Source: Candidatus Saccharimonadota bacterium
Lineage (GTDB): Bacteria; Patescibacteriota; Gracilibacteria; UBA4473
Direction of reading: 5' to 3'
Assembly (NCBI GenBank): GCA_965228485.1
Contig: OZ245819.1
Span: 840,001-872,000 of the forward strand
DNA: 32,000 nt
The notes beneath the pieces are model-generated. The model saw only the letters and a list, made by a program, of their open reading frames with translations. It made no database searches and was not told the DNA's origin. The position numbers and the translations under genes were made by a program. Positions 17,254 to 25,440 of this stretch are shown in pieces; the first letter of the stretch is position 1; every line of letters starts with the position of its first letter.

Positions 17254-17769
17254 TTAGTATCGTGCCAAATGAGCAAAAGCTTTATTTGATTGAGCCATTC
17301 GATGAGCCTCTTCTCTTTTTCCAAAAGCGTATCCCGTCTCATTAGAACAATCGATAATTTCTCCTGCAAGTCTTCGGGCAATTGGTTGTCCTTTTTTCTT
17401 TCGTGCTCCTTCTAGAATCCATCGAATACAAAGACTTTGTTGTCGTTTTGTCGTTACTTCCATAGGGATTTGATAAACCGCTCCTCCGATTCGTTTTGCT
17501 TTACATTCCATAGTTGGAGTTGCATTTCGAAGAGCTAATTCAAAAGTTTTTAGAGGGTCTTCACTTCCTCTTCGATTAATTTCATCAAAAATATCTTTCA
17601 AAATTCTTTGAGCTAGTGTCTTTTTACCGTTTTTCATCAAACAGTTCACAAACTTTTGTTGCAATGGATCTGTGTGAGAAAAAGGATTTTGGTATTTAGA
17701 CTTCTTAGTCTTTTTTTCCGGTGTACTTTCAGGCGCCTTACCGGCTGGCGCTGCGTTTTCTTTAGACAT
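17254..17769 (-). CDS. rpsG: 30S ribosomal protein S7
   Basis: KFVNCLMKNGKKTLAQRIL, ATPTMECKAKRIGGAVYQIPMEV, and a C-terminal AFAHLARY-type ending. Has a divergent, basic N-terminal extension. Confidence 0.9.
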   Translation of the reverse strand: MSKENAAPAGKAPESTPEKKTKKSKYQNPFSHTDPLQQKFVNCLMKNGKKTLAQRILKDIFDEINRRGSEDPLKTFELALRNATPTMECKAKRIGGAVYQIPMEVTTKRQQSLCIRWILEGARKKKGQPIARRLAGEIIDCSNETGYAFGKREEAHRMAQSNKAFAHLARY

Positions 17770-17806
17770 AATGTTAAAGTGTTAAGAATTTAAAGTTATA
17801 AGAAAA

Positions 17807-17829
17807 ACTAGCGAGATTGACCCGCTAGT
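17807..17829 (-). promoter_or_regulatory. Hairpin plus U-tract in the rpsL-rpsG intercistronic region
   Basis: Minus strand reads ACTAGCG-GGTCAATCT-CGCTAGT followed by TTTTCTT. It has a 7-bp perfect stem and starts 11 nt after the rpsL stop. Confidence 0.4.
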
Positions 17830-17839
17830 TATTTTTAAG

Positions 17840-18259
17840 CTAGTTTCCTTTAGGTTTTTTTGCTCCGTATCGAGATCTTCCTTGTTTTCGATCTTGTACT
17901 CCTTGGGTATCAAGATTTCCTCGAACCACATGATATCGTACCCCAACTAAATCTTTTACTCGTCCTCCACGAATTGTTACCACTGAATGCTCTTGAAGGT
18001 TGTGTCCTTCTCCCATAATATAGGCATTTACTTCATAACCATTTGTAAGTCTTACACGGGCAATTTTCCGTAGAGCCGAATTTGGCTTCTTTGGTGTAAT
18101 AGTTGTTACTTTCACACATACTCCTCGTTTCTGTGGAGAAGGTAGAGGAACAGATTTGTTCTTCAATGTATTAAAAGTTGATTGTAAGGCTGGAGATTTA
18201 GACTTTTTTGCCTTATCTTTTCGTGGTTTTCGAATCAGTTGGTTAATAGTTGGCATCAA
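17840..18259 (-). CDS. rpsL: 30S ribosomal protein S12
   Basis: [35 protein letters not shown]. Confidence 0.95.
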   Translation of the reverse strand: MMPTINQLIRKPRKDKAKKSKSPALQSTFNTLKNKSVPLPSPQKRGVCVKVTTITPKKPNSALRKIARVRLTNGYEVNAYIMGEGHNLQEHSVVTIRGGRVKDLVGVRYHVVRGNLDTQGVQDRKQGRSRYGAKKPKGN

Positions 18260-18279
18260 TTTTGAAGTTTAGAATTTAA

Positions 18280-21200
18280 TTAGTTTTCTTCATTTTCCGC
18301 TGTATCAGCGGCTTTATAATGTTTACCAGCTGGGATTAGCCGGCCGATAATAACGTTCTCTTTCAATCCGTCAAGCATATCTACTTTTCTTGTTGTAGAA
18401 GCCTCTACTAGAACTCGGATAGTTTCTTGGAACGAAGCCGCTGAAAGCCATGAATCTGTCCAGAGAGAAATTCGTGTTAGACCTAGTAGCAATCTTTCAT
18501 AAGTAATTTCTTTCTTTTTCTCTTTAGTTAGTAATTCATTAGCTTGATCAATTTCAATTACATCTCTCACCTCTCCTGGAAGGTATTCTGAATCACCTCC
18601 GTCAATAATTCGAACTTTTGAAGCCATTTGTTTAGCAATGATTTCAATATGTTTTTCATTAATATGTTGACCTTGAGAGGCATAAATATACTGAACTTCG
18701 TAAAGAATATATTCTTGCACTTTCTCTACATTTGTCAGCTCCATTAGCTGTCGAAGATCAATATGTCCTACCGTTAAAGGTGTACCTTTCTCTACTATTT
18801 CTCCATCTTTAATTTTTAGAGTGGTTCGGTGAGAAACCGTGTAGGTTTTCTTTAAGGCTTCAGATTGTTTAATCGTAATATGATCTTTTCCAACCTTAAC
18901 AACGGTACCATCACATCTTGATTTGACCGTCTTTTTATCTTCTGTACTTCGAGCAATAATTTGCTTTTCTTTTACTTTATCTCCCTTTTTAACCGCTGCA
19001 TCGAAGTTAATGCTCAGATGATGTACATCTTCTTCTGCACTTTCGGCTTCAACAAGAATTTTTGTATCGTTCTTACCTTTTTTAATCGTTACCTTACCTG
19101 TAATCTCAGCAAGAATTGATGGTGTTTTAGGGCTTCTTGCTTCAAATAATTCATCTACACGAGTAAGACCTTGTGTAATAGAGGCTCCTTCTGTTGCTAC
19201 TCCTCCCATATGGAAGGTACGCATTGTAAGCTGAGTACCTGGTTCTCCAATGGATTGGGCTGCAATAATTCCTACTGGGGTACCTTTTTCTACGACTTTT
19301 CTATTTCCAAGATCGTGACCGTAACACTTCTGACATACTCCTCCAAGTGTTTTACAGTACATCACTGAGTGAACGGCAATTTCAGAAATTTGATGATCTC
19401 TAATTCTTTGAATTTGATCATCTTCAATCACTTCTCCTTTTTTAATAACTGTTTTTCCTTTTACTTTTACATCTTCTCCGACTGTCAATCCATATACTCT
19501 TTCTTCAAAGGGAACTCCCAAGAAGTCTGAGTTTTCTCGAGTAATAGTTTTGAAAGTTGTCGTTCCACAATCTGGTTCTCGAACAATAATATCTTGTACC
19601 GAATCTACCAGACGTCGAGTTAGGTATCCTGCTTCGGCTGTTTTTAGAGCCGTATCTGATTTACCTTTACGTCCTCCATGAGTCGCAATAAAGTATTCAA
19701 GAATTGTAAACCCTTCTTTTAGATTAGATTTAATTGGAAGTTCAATTGTTTTTCCTGATGGAGAGGCTACTAATCCCTTAATACCAGCCATCTGAGTAAT
19801 CTGTCCCCAATTCCCTCGGGCGCCTGAATCAATTTGATAAAAGATATCATTTTGTTCGTCGTACTCTTTAATCATCTCAGTTGTAATATCTGATTTGATT
19901 TTTGACCAGATTTTAATGGTATGGTTATATCTTTCTTCATCAGTGATAAGTCCATAGAAGTACTGATCATTAATAGAATTAACAATATGATTCGCTTTTT
20001 CTACGATATCATCTTTATTTTCTGGCGAAGCTAAATCATAAGCGGAGATAGTAATTCCTGATTTAGTCGCATATTTAAATCCAAGATCTTTAATTTTATC
20101 AGCTAATACAGAAGCTTTTCCATCACCATATTGAGTGAAAACATCTGCAAGAATATTTTTTAATTCATTCTTACCAAAAGTCTTATTTTGGTATCCAACC
20201 TCTTCTGGAAGTTCTTGATTAAAAATAATTCGACCAACCGTCGTTTCAATTACTTCACCATCAACTCGAACTTTAATTTTAGCCTGTAGGTGAACTTGAC
20301 CTGTTTCATAAGCGTAAATAGCTGATTCACTACTTGGAAATACTCGTCCTTCACCTTCTTTTCCTTCGTGTTCTTGAGTAAGAAAGTAACATCCCAATAC
20401 CATATCCTGAGAAGGGTTAACAATAGGTTCTCCAGCTGATGGCTTAAGAAGGTTTTTAGAAGAAACAATAATTTCTCGAGCTTCTTTTTGGGCATCATCA
20501 GAAAGTGGTAAATGAACGGCCATTTGATCCCCATCGAAATCCGCATTAAAAGCCGCACATACTAGAGGATGAAGTTGAATGGCTTTTCCCTCTACTAATC
20601 GTGGTTGAAAAGCTTGAATTCCAAGTCTATGAAGTGTTGGAGCACGATTTAGAAGTACATATTTACCTTCAATTACTTCGTCTAAAATATCCCAAACCAC
20701 TTTTTCTCCATTTTTAATTAATTTTTCTGCACTCTTAACATTATGAGCTAAATCAAATCCAATAAGTTTAGAAATAACAAAAGGTTTAAAAAGTTCTAGA
20801 GCAATTTTCTTAGGAAGACCGCACTCATGAAGTCTTAGAGTTGGACCTACAACAATTACAGAACGTCCAGAATAATCTACTCGTTTCCCAAGTAGATTTT
20901 GTCGGAAACGCCCTTGTTTTCCTTTAAGCATATCCGAAAGACTTCTAAGTCTTCGCCTTTGTACTTGATTTACTCCTGATCGAGAATTTCGAACAGAGTT
21001 AGAAATTAAAATATCAACGGCTTCTTGAAGCATTCTTTTCTCATTTCGACAAATAATTTCAGGCGCTCCAAGTTGAATTAATTTTTTTAATCGAGCATTA
21101 CGATTAATTACTCTTCTATAAAGATCATTAAGATCAGAAGTTGCAAAACGTCCTCCATCAAGCTGAACCATTGGTCGAAGCTCTGGTGGAATTACTGGAA

Positions 21201-22119
21201 TAACTGTTAAAATCATCCATTCAGGACGAATCCCACTTCTTTCTAATGAAGAAGCGAGTTTAATTCTTTTTAATAATTTTTTCTCTTTTTGACCAGAAGA
21301 TTTTTTTTGATCTTCTTTCATTTCTTCAATAAATTTTGGTAAATCCATTTTTTGGATTACTTCTCTAATAGCATCAGCACCAATTCCTGCTCGGAAAACA
21401 TGCCCAAATTTCATTGATATATTTCTGTAGTCAGTTTCTGTTAAAACCTGACCTACCTGTAAATTCTTAAGCTCATCTTTGGCTAAACGGAAATTCTCAT
21501 TTACTTCTTCTATTTTTTGAACAATTTCATTTTCAAGAGCCGTAAAATCTTTTTCTATCATATCGCCATCTTTTACTGCTTTTTTAGCCGCTTTAAGACT
21601 AGCACTTGTCTCTTCTTTTGTTTGATTAATAATTTTCTGATAATCCGTTTCCAATTCTTTTAGAGCTTCTTCTTTTTCTTCTTCATCAACATCAACCACT
21701 AAATAAGAAGCAAAATAAACAATTTGCTCTAACTGTTTAACAGAAAGATCCATTAATAATCCAATCCTAGAAGGAGTAGATCTTAAAAACCAAGTATGAG
21801 TTACAGGAACTGCTAATTTTATGTGTCCCATTCGTTCTCGTCGAACAATAGAACGGGTTACTTCAACTCCACATCGTTCACAAATAATACCTTTATATCT
21901 AATTCTTTTATACTTACCACAAGCACATTCCCAGTTTTTTACTGGACCAAAAATTTTCTGACAAAATAAACCATCTGGTTCTGGTTTTTGAGTTCGGTAA
22001 TTAATCGTCTCAGGTTTTGTAACTTCTCCATGAGACCAAGATAAAATTTCTTCGGGTGACGCAATAGATAGTGCAATCGCATCGAAGTCTTTGATTTTTT
22101 TGATGTTGCTCATAAACAA
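18280..22119 (-). CDS. rpoC: DNA-directed RNA polymerase beta-prime subunit
   Basis: 1279 aa. Zn-finger [23 protein letters not shown], catalytic [12 protein letters not shown], and trigger-loop and bridge-helix regions. Stop lies 20 nt before rpsL. Confidence 0.97.
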   Translation of the reverse strand: MFMSNIKKIKDFDAIALSIASPEEILSWSHGEVTKPETINYRTQKPEPDGLFCQKIFGPVKNWECACGKYKRIRYKGIICERCGVEVTRSIVRRERMGHIKLAVPVTHTWFLRSTPSRIGLLMDLSVKQLEQIVYFASYLVVDVDEEEKEEALKELETDYQKIINQTKEETSASLKAAKKAVKDGDMIEKDFTALENEIVQKIEEVNENFRLAKDELKNLQVGQVLTETDYRNISMKFGHVFRAGIGADAIREVIQKMDLPKFIEEMKEDQKKSSGQKEKKLLKRIKLASSLERSGIRPEWMILTVIPVIPPELRPMVQLDGGRFATSDLNDLYRRVINRNARLKKLIQLGAPEIICRNEKRMLQEAVDILISNSVRNSRSGVNQVQRRRLRSLSDMLKGKQGRFRQNLLGKRVDYSGRSVIVVGPTLRLHECGLPKKIALELFKPFVISKLIGFDLAHNVKSAEKLIKNGEKVVWDILDEVIEGKYVLLNRAPTLHRLGIQAFQPRLVEGKAIQLHPLVCAAFNADFDGDQMAVHLPLSDDAQKEAREIIVSSKNLLKPSAGEPIVNPSQDMVLGCYFLTQEHEGKEGEGRVFPSSESAIYAYETGQVHLQAKIKVRVDGEVIETTVGRIIFNQELPEEVGYQNKTFGKNELKNILADVFTQYGDGKASVLADKIKDLGFKYATKSGITISAYDLASPENKDDIVEKANHIVNSINDQYFYGLITDEERYNHTIKIWSKIKSDITTEMIKEYDEQNDIFYQIDSGARGNWGQITQMAGIKGLVASPSGKTIELPIKSNLKEGFTILEYFIATHGGRKGKSDTALKTAEAGYLTRRLVDSVQDIIVREPDCGTTTFKTITRENSDFLGVPFEERVYGLTVGEDVKVKGKTVIKKGEVIEDDQIQRIRDHQISEIAVHSVMYCKTLGGVCQKCYGHDLGNRKVVEKGTPVGIIAAQSIGEPGTQLTMRTFHMGGVATEGASITQGLTRVDELFEARSPKTPSILAEITGKVTIKKGKNDTKILVEAESAEEDVHHLSINFDAAVKKGDKVKEKQIIARSTEDKKTVKSRCDGTVVKVGKDHITIKQSEALKKTYTVSHRTTLKIKDGEIVEKGTPLTVGHIDLRQLMELTNVEKVQEYILYEVQYIYASQGQHINEKHIEIIAKQMASKVRIIDGGDSEYLPGEVRDVIEIDQANELLTKEKKKEITYERLLLGLTRISLWTDSWLSAASFQETIRVLVEASTTRKVDMLDGLKENVIIGRLIPAGKHYKAADTAENEEN

Positions 22120-22240
22120 TCTTTGAGTTTAAAAAGTACTTTTTTTGTAGTTTCTAAGGGCTTTTTCAGTGTTTAAGAATTATGTTTAAACCAATTCTCG
22201 TAATCTTCTTAAAACCAAAAAAGACAATAAAATTTCTACC

Positions 22241-22258
22241 AAAAGGTCTGGCCAGACC
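22241..22258 (-). promoter_or_regulatory. Perfect 14-nt palindrome / short hairpin in the rpoC 5' leader
   Basis: GGTCTGGCCAGACC (22245-22258), followed on the minus strand by TTTTGG. It is the only GC-rich element in the 527-bp AT-rich gap. It could be a weak attenuator hairpin or a protein-binding site. Confidence 0.3.
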
Positions 22259-22276
22259 ATGTTTAAAACACGCGCG

Positions 22277-22304
22277 AATATAGGTAAAAAGTTAATTTAG
22301 TCAA
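22277..22304 (-). promoter_or_regulatory. Candidate sigma-70-type promoter for rpoC
   Basis: Minus strand TTGACT (22304-22299), 16-nt spacer, TATATT (22282-22277). It would give a leader of about 150 nt. Confidence 0.35.
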
Positions 22305-22402
22305 ATTGTTTCGAGTAAAAAATTAGTTTGTCAAACTTTTCTTTTCTTATTGTTTTTTATTAAAAATATTAATTATAGATTTAGTATTTATTAGTGATTT
22401 TT

Positions 22403-22642
22403 TGTGTATTGCTTTTTTTGTGTATTTTTCTTGTGGAAAAGTATAGTTTTTAAATCTATATATTTTTTAAGTTTTATAAAATTACTCAGAATTTTTGGCT
22501 TGTTTTTAATAAAAAACAGGATTAAAAAATTAGATCATAATAATATTTATTTTTTGTGGAAAAAATGAGTGTAAGTTGAGGAAAAGATATAAAAAAAATG
22601 AGGAAAAATATTCCTCATTAATATTAAATTTGTTTATACACA
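22403..22642. promoter_or_regulatory. Cluster of DnaA-box-like 9-mers in an AT-rich intergenic region
   Basis: TTTTCCACA on the minus strand at 22432-22440 and 22555-22563, and TTATACACA on the plus strand at 22634-22642; all three fit TTWTNCACA exactly. Weaker relatives are CAATACACA (22403-22411) and AAATACACA (22419-22427). Flanked by very AT-rich tracts at 22360-22400 and 22441-22550. Confidence 0.3.
22590..22619 (-). terminator. Intrinsic terminator after the nucleotidyltransferase gene
   Basis: Perfect 8-bp stem ATGAGGAA (22598-22605) / TTCCTCAT (22611-22618) with a 5-nt loop. On the minus strand it is followed by a T8 run. Lies about 30 nt downstream of the stop at 22647. Confidence 0.6.
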
Positions 22643-22646
22643 AAAA

Positions 22647-23849
22647 TTAATACCAGATTTCCCCAGGTCTTACTAAGGTTTCCACAGGAATTTTACACCC
22701 TGGCATAAGTTTTGCACCAATCCCTATTTGAACTTTCTTACCAACAATAGCTCCTAATTTATTATGTTTAGAGTTTATTTTTTCTTCTTTTATAACTACT
22801 TTAATTGTTTCTTTATCAAGTCTTAGATTAGCCGTACAACTAAAAGCTCCAAAATTAACGCCTTCATCAATAATAGAATCTCCAATATAAGCTATATGAG
22901 TGGTTATATTATCACTAAGAAAACTCCGTGCAATTTCTGTATTATAACCAATAATACAGTTATTACCGATGTTAGAATTTCTTATTAGTACATTATTTCC
23001 AATAATTGAATTTTTTCCGATATAACTTTCCGATATAACCGCGTTTTCAAAAACTTTAACGCCTTCATCAATATAAACCCCTTCTTTTATAATTGCGCTT
23101 TCAGCAATTTCCGCACTTGGGTGAATAAATGTTTTTATTTGAGATTTTAAAAATATATCCATCATCTCCAATACATGCCAAGGGTATTTTATTGCTTGCC
23201 AGACTCCACTGTATTCAACGGCCTTAAAGTTTTTTGATTTAAAAAGTGAATCTAGAGCCACTTCATAAACATCATCACTATCAGATTTACTATTTTCTAG
23301 AGCTGATTTGAGATCTGAACTTTTAGAAAAATAATGAACGACTATATTTACTAAATTAGAAGGTTCATTTCCTTCTCCAGGTTTTTCTATAATACTATTT
23401 ATTTGCTTGTCACTATTAATCTCTAGATATCCACCAGGAAAGTAAGTTTCTACTTTTTGTCCTAAAATAGCTCCATCTTTATTTTTTCCAGTAGTTATGA
23501 CTTTTTTAATAACACTAAAATCAACTAAGTCATTACCATTATGAATAAGTACATCTTCTTCATCCTCTACAAAACTTAAACCTTCTAGTATTCCCCCAGC
23601 CATTCCTTCTTCAAGTTTTGGTTGAGTTGTTATAATTGATGTTTCTAAAAATAGATGTTCTTGGCAGAGTTTCTGTATTTTTTCAAAATTACCTTTATTT
23701 CCAACAATAATAAAATCACCCACTCCAGCTTTATGAGCATTTTCTAAAAGCTTTAATATTAAAGGTTTTCCCTGGAAGTTTAAGAAATTTTTATCACTTA
23801 AAGGATCCATTCTACTTGAGGTGCCAGCAGCGAGAAATATGGCTTTCAT
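22647..23849 (-). CDS. Sugar-1-phosphate nucleotidylyltransferase with a C-terminal left-handed beta-helix (GlmU-like / archaeal-type bifunctional architecture)
   Basis: 400 aa. N-terminal MKAIFLAAGTSSRM nucleotide-binding loop (GxGxR-like) and C-terminal hexapeptide repeats (IGKNSIIGNNVLIRNSNIGNNCIIGYNTEI...). Confidence 0.75.
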   Translation of the reverse strand: MKAIFLAAGTSSRMDPLSDKNFLNFQGKPLILKLLENAHKAGVGDFIIVGNKGNFEKIQKLCQEHLFLETSIITTQPKLEEGMAGGILEGLSFVEDEEDVLIHNGNDLVDFSVIKKVITTGKNKDGAILGQKVETYFPGGYLEINSDKQINSIIEKPGEGNEPSNLVNIVVHYFSKSSDLKSALENSKSDSDDVYEVALDSLFKSKNFKAVEYSGVWQAIKYPWHVLEMMDIFLKSQIKTFIHPSAEIAESAIIKEGVYIDEGVKVFENAVISESYIGKNSIIGNNVLIRNSNIGNNCIIGYNTEIARSFLSDNITTHIAYIGDSIIDEGVNFGAFSCTANLRLDKETIKVVIKEEKINSKHNKLGAIVGKKVQIGIGAKLMPGCKIPVETLVRPGEIWY

Positions 23850-24377
23850 TTATGCTTTTTCAAATTTAAAACCTTCGTCATCATCAGTAACCTTATAGTC
23901 AATAACTTTATTTTGTAACAATCTATAACTATCCGGGTCACAAAATATTTTGATTCTATTAGATTCAACAACTTTATCGCCTTTATCTGGGTTTTTTTCA
24001 AAATCAAGAAAATAAGACAAATTACCTCCAAATCCAGTTATTTCTACTCGGAATCCATATCCTTCTTGGTCAGCATCTTTTTGAAAGGCGAGTATTTTTT
24101 CCTTTGCGTTATCTGTAACTACCGGGTCCTTGGTTTCTTTTTTTCCTCCAGGTTGAAGTTTTAATTCTTGAGCGGCTTCATTTAGATCGTTTATTACGAT
24201 CATATACATTTCTTCTCCATAGTGAGCGATGATTCCATCTCTCAAAGATTCATACTGGTTAATGTGGCAACCGGCACAGGCAATTCCGTGTGCAGCTAAA
24301 ATTTCGTGAGCTTCTGGAAATTCTAGAAGTACATCGGCAATAATTTCTTCTCCGGTGAATTGCTTAATAGGAGTCAT
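23850..24377 (-). CDS. Fusion of a DUF1858-like redox-disulfide domain (CAGC) and a Cys-less HesB/IscA-like domain
   Basis: The N-terminus EIIADVLLEFPEAHEILAAHGIACAGCH matches the small hybrid-cluster-associated disulfide domain. The C-terminus GFRVEITGFGGNLSYFLDF...IKIFCDPDSYRLL matches the HesB/IscA fold but lacks the usual Cys ligands and the C-terminal CGC. Confidence 0.5.
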   Translation of the reverse strand: MTPIKQFTGEEIIADVLLEFPEAHEILAAHGIACAGCHINQYESLRDGIIAHYGEEMYMIVINDLNEAAQELKLQPGGKKETKDPVVTDNAKEKILAFQKDADQEGYGFRVEITGFGGNLSYFLDFEKNPDKGDKVVESNRIKIFCDPDSYRLLQNKVIDYKVTDDDEGFKFEKA

Positions 24378-24444
24378 TCAAATAGTACTTTAATTCTGCT
24401 TATTTACTTGTCCAGTATGAAAAAAGGATTAAAATTCCGCCTGA

Positions 24445-25293
24445 ATGGATACCCACCCACTCAATGCTTTCGATGTTCAGTATTCTCAGGTTTTAAAAGA
24501 AATTTTAGATTCTGGTATTGAAGAAAAAAATGAGAGAACAGGACATGTCTGTAAGAGTCTTCCTGGAATGACGATGAAATTTGATCTTAGTGAAGGATTT
24601 CCACTTTTAACGTTGAGAAAAATTCCCCTGAAGGTTTTTATTGCCGAACAAGTTTGGTTTTTAATGGGGGGAAAAGATTTAGAGTGGTTACAACAGTTTA
24701 CGAAGATATGGGATGATTTTGCTGAGGAAGATAATTGTGTGGAGTCGGCTTATGGATTCCGATGGAGAAAGCACTTTGGAAGAGATCAGATAGATGGATT
24801 GGTAAAACTTTTGGATGAGGATCCAACTTCAAGACACGGTGTAATTTTGATGTGGGACCCATCAGATGATGGGCTGGCTTGTGGAACGAAAAAGAAAAAT
24901 GTTCCTTGTCCTTACACTTTTACGGTCCAGGTTATTGGGGGGAAGCTTTGTCTTCACCTTGTGATTCGAAGTAATGATATGATGCTTGGAAATCCTCATG
25001 ATGTTGCGGGCTTTGCTTTTTTGGCTCATCTTTTAGCTGAAAAACTTAGAGTTGCCCCAGGGTTTTTGACGGTTTCAATTTCAAATGCGCATATCTATGA
25101 TATTCATTTTGATCAGGCAAAAGAGATCGTAGCAAGAACGATTAGTCATAAACCAGTTAAATTTAACTGTCCAGAGGGAGCTTTTGATAGAGCAGAGTCT
25201 GGGGATGTGACTTTGGTTGAAGAGGTTTTTGCTCAATTTCAGGAAATGTATGAGCCTCAAGAAAGTTTGGGAAGAATGAAAATTGTCTTATAG
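24445..25293 (+). CDS. Thymidylate synthase (ThyA) family pyrimidine C5-transferase; atypical Asp at the base-specificity position
   Basis: 282 aa, colinear with ThyA. Matching motifs are NERTG (R21), EQVWFL (E58), AYGFRWR (Y94), the VPCPY nucleophile Cys (C146), RSND (R166/D169) and AHIY (H207/Y209). The RSxDxxLGxPFN motif reads RSNDMMLGNPHD, so E. coli N177 is Asp here. Confidence 0.8.
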   Translation: MDTHPLNAFDVQYSQVLKEILDSGIEEKNERTGHVCKSLPGMTMKFDLSEGFPLLTLRKIPLKVFIAEQVWFLMGGKDLEWLQQFTKIWDDFAEEDNCVESAYGFRWRKHFGRDQIDGLVKLLDEDPTSRHGVILMWDPSDDGLACGTKKKNVPCPYTFTVQVIGGKLCLHLVIRSNDMMLGNPHDVAGFAFLAHLLAEKLRVAPGFLTVSISNAHIYDIHFDQAKEIVARTISHKPVKFNCPEGAFDRAESGDVTLVEEVFAQFQEMYEPQESLGRMKIVL

Positions 25294-25330
25294 AGCTATG
25301 TTTAAATCTACTAAGTTACCAATAAATAGA

Positions 25331-25350
25331 CGTCCTTCAGGAAAAGGACG
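25331..25350 (+). other. Stem-loop downstream of the thyA-like gene (no U-tract)
   Basis: CGTCCTT (25331-25337) / AAGGACG (25344-25350), a 7-bp perfect stem with a 6-nt loop, followed by AAAAG rather than a T-run. Confidence 0.3.
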
Positions 25351-25440
25351 AAAAGAGGTTTAGACAAAGATTAAATGCATATTTTTTAGAGTTTTTTAAC
25401 ATAAAAGCTTTATTTTTTATTCTTTTAACCTTTTGTAAAA

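Noticed and set aside
3037-20558. Antisense or out-of-frame track ORFs inside strong genes: 3037-3222, 3662-3880, 3964-4146, 7225-7446, 8452-8637, 8717-8953, 11075-11377, 11603-11794, 12055-12309, 12770-13084, 13836-14024, 14043-14285, 14824-15009, 15102-15287, 15921-16181, 17172-17381, 19171-19368, 20250-20558
   Set aside because: Each is embedded in, or substantially overlaps, a well-supported conserved gene on the other strand or in another frame. None shows a recognisable motif. All have the biased composition typical of shadow ORFs.
22189-22260. 24-codon ORF (MVWPDLLVEILLSFLVLRRLRELV) in the rpoC leader, and a 33-codon plus-strand ORF starting at 22183
   Set aside because: Short ORFs of this size are expected by chance in this region. 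There is no codon pattern tying them to regulation (unlike the thrS leader) and nothing to test them against within the window.
22647-23849. Horizontal acquisition of the nucleotidyltransferase gene based on seemingly higher AT content
   Set aside because: This is only an eyeball impression. I cannot compute composition or codon statistics here, and there are no flanking mobility signatures.
25298-25363. 21-codon basic ORF (MFKSTKLPINRRPSGKGRKEV) just after the thyA-like gene
   Set aside because: It is very short and spans a stem-loop that explains the sequence equally well. No supporting features.
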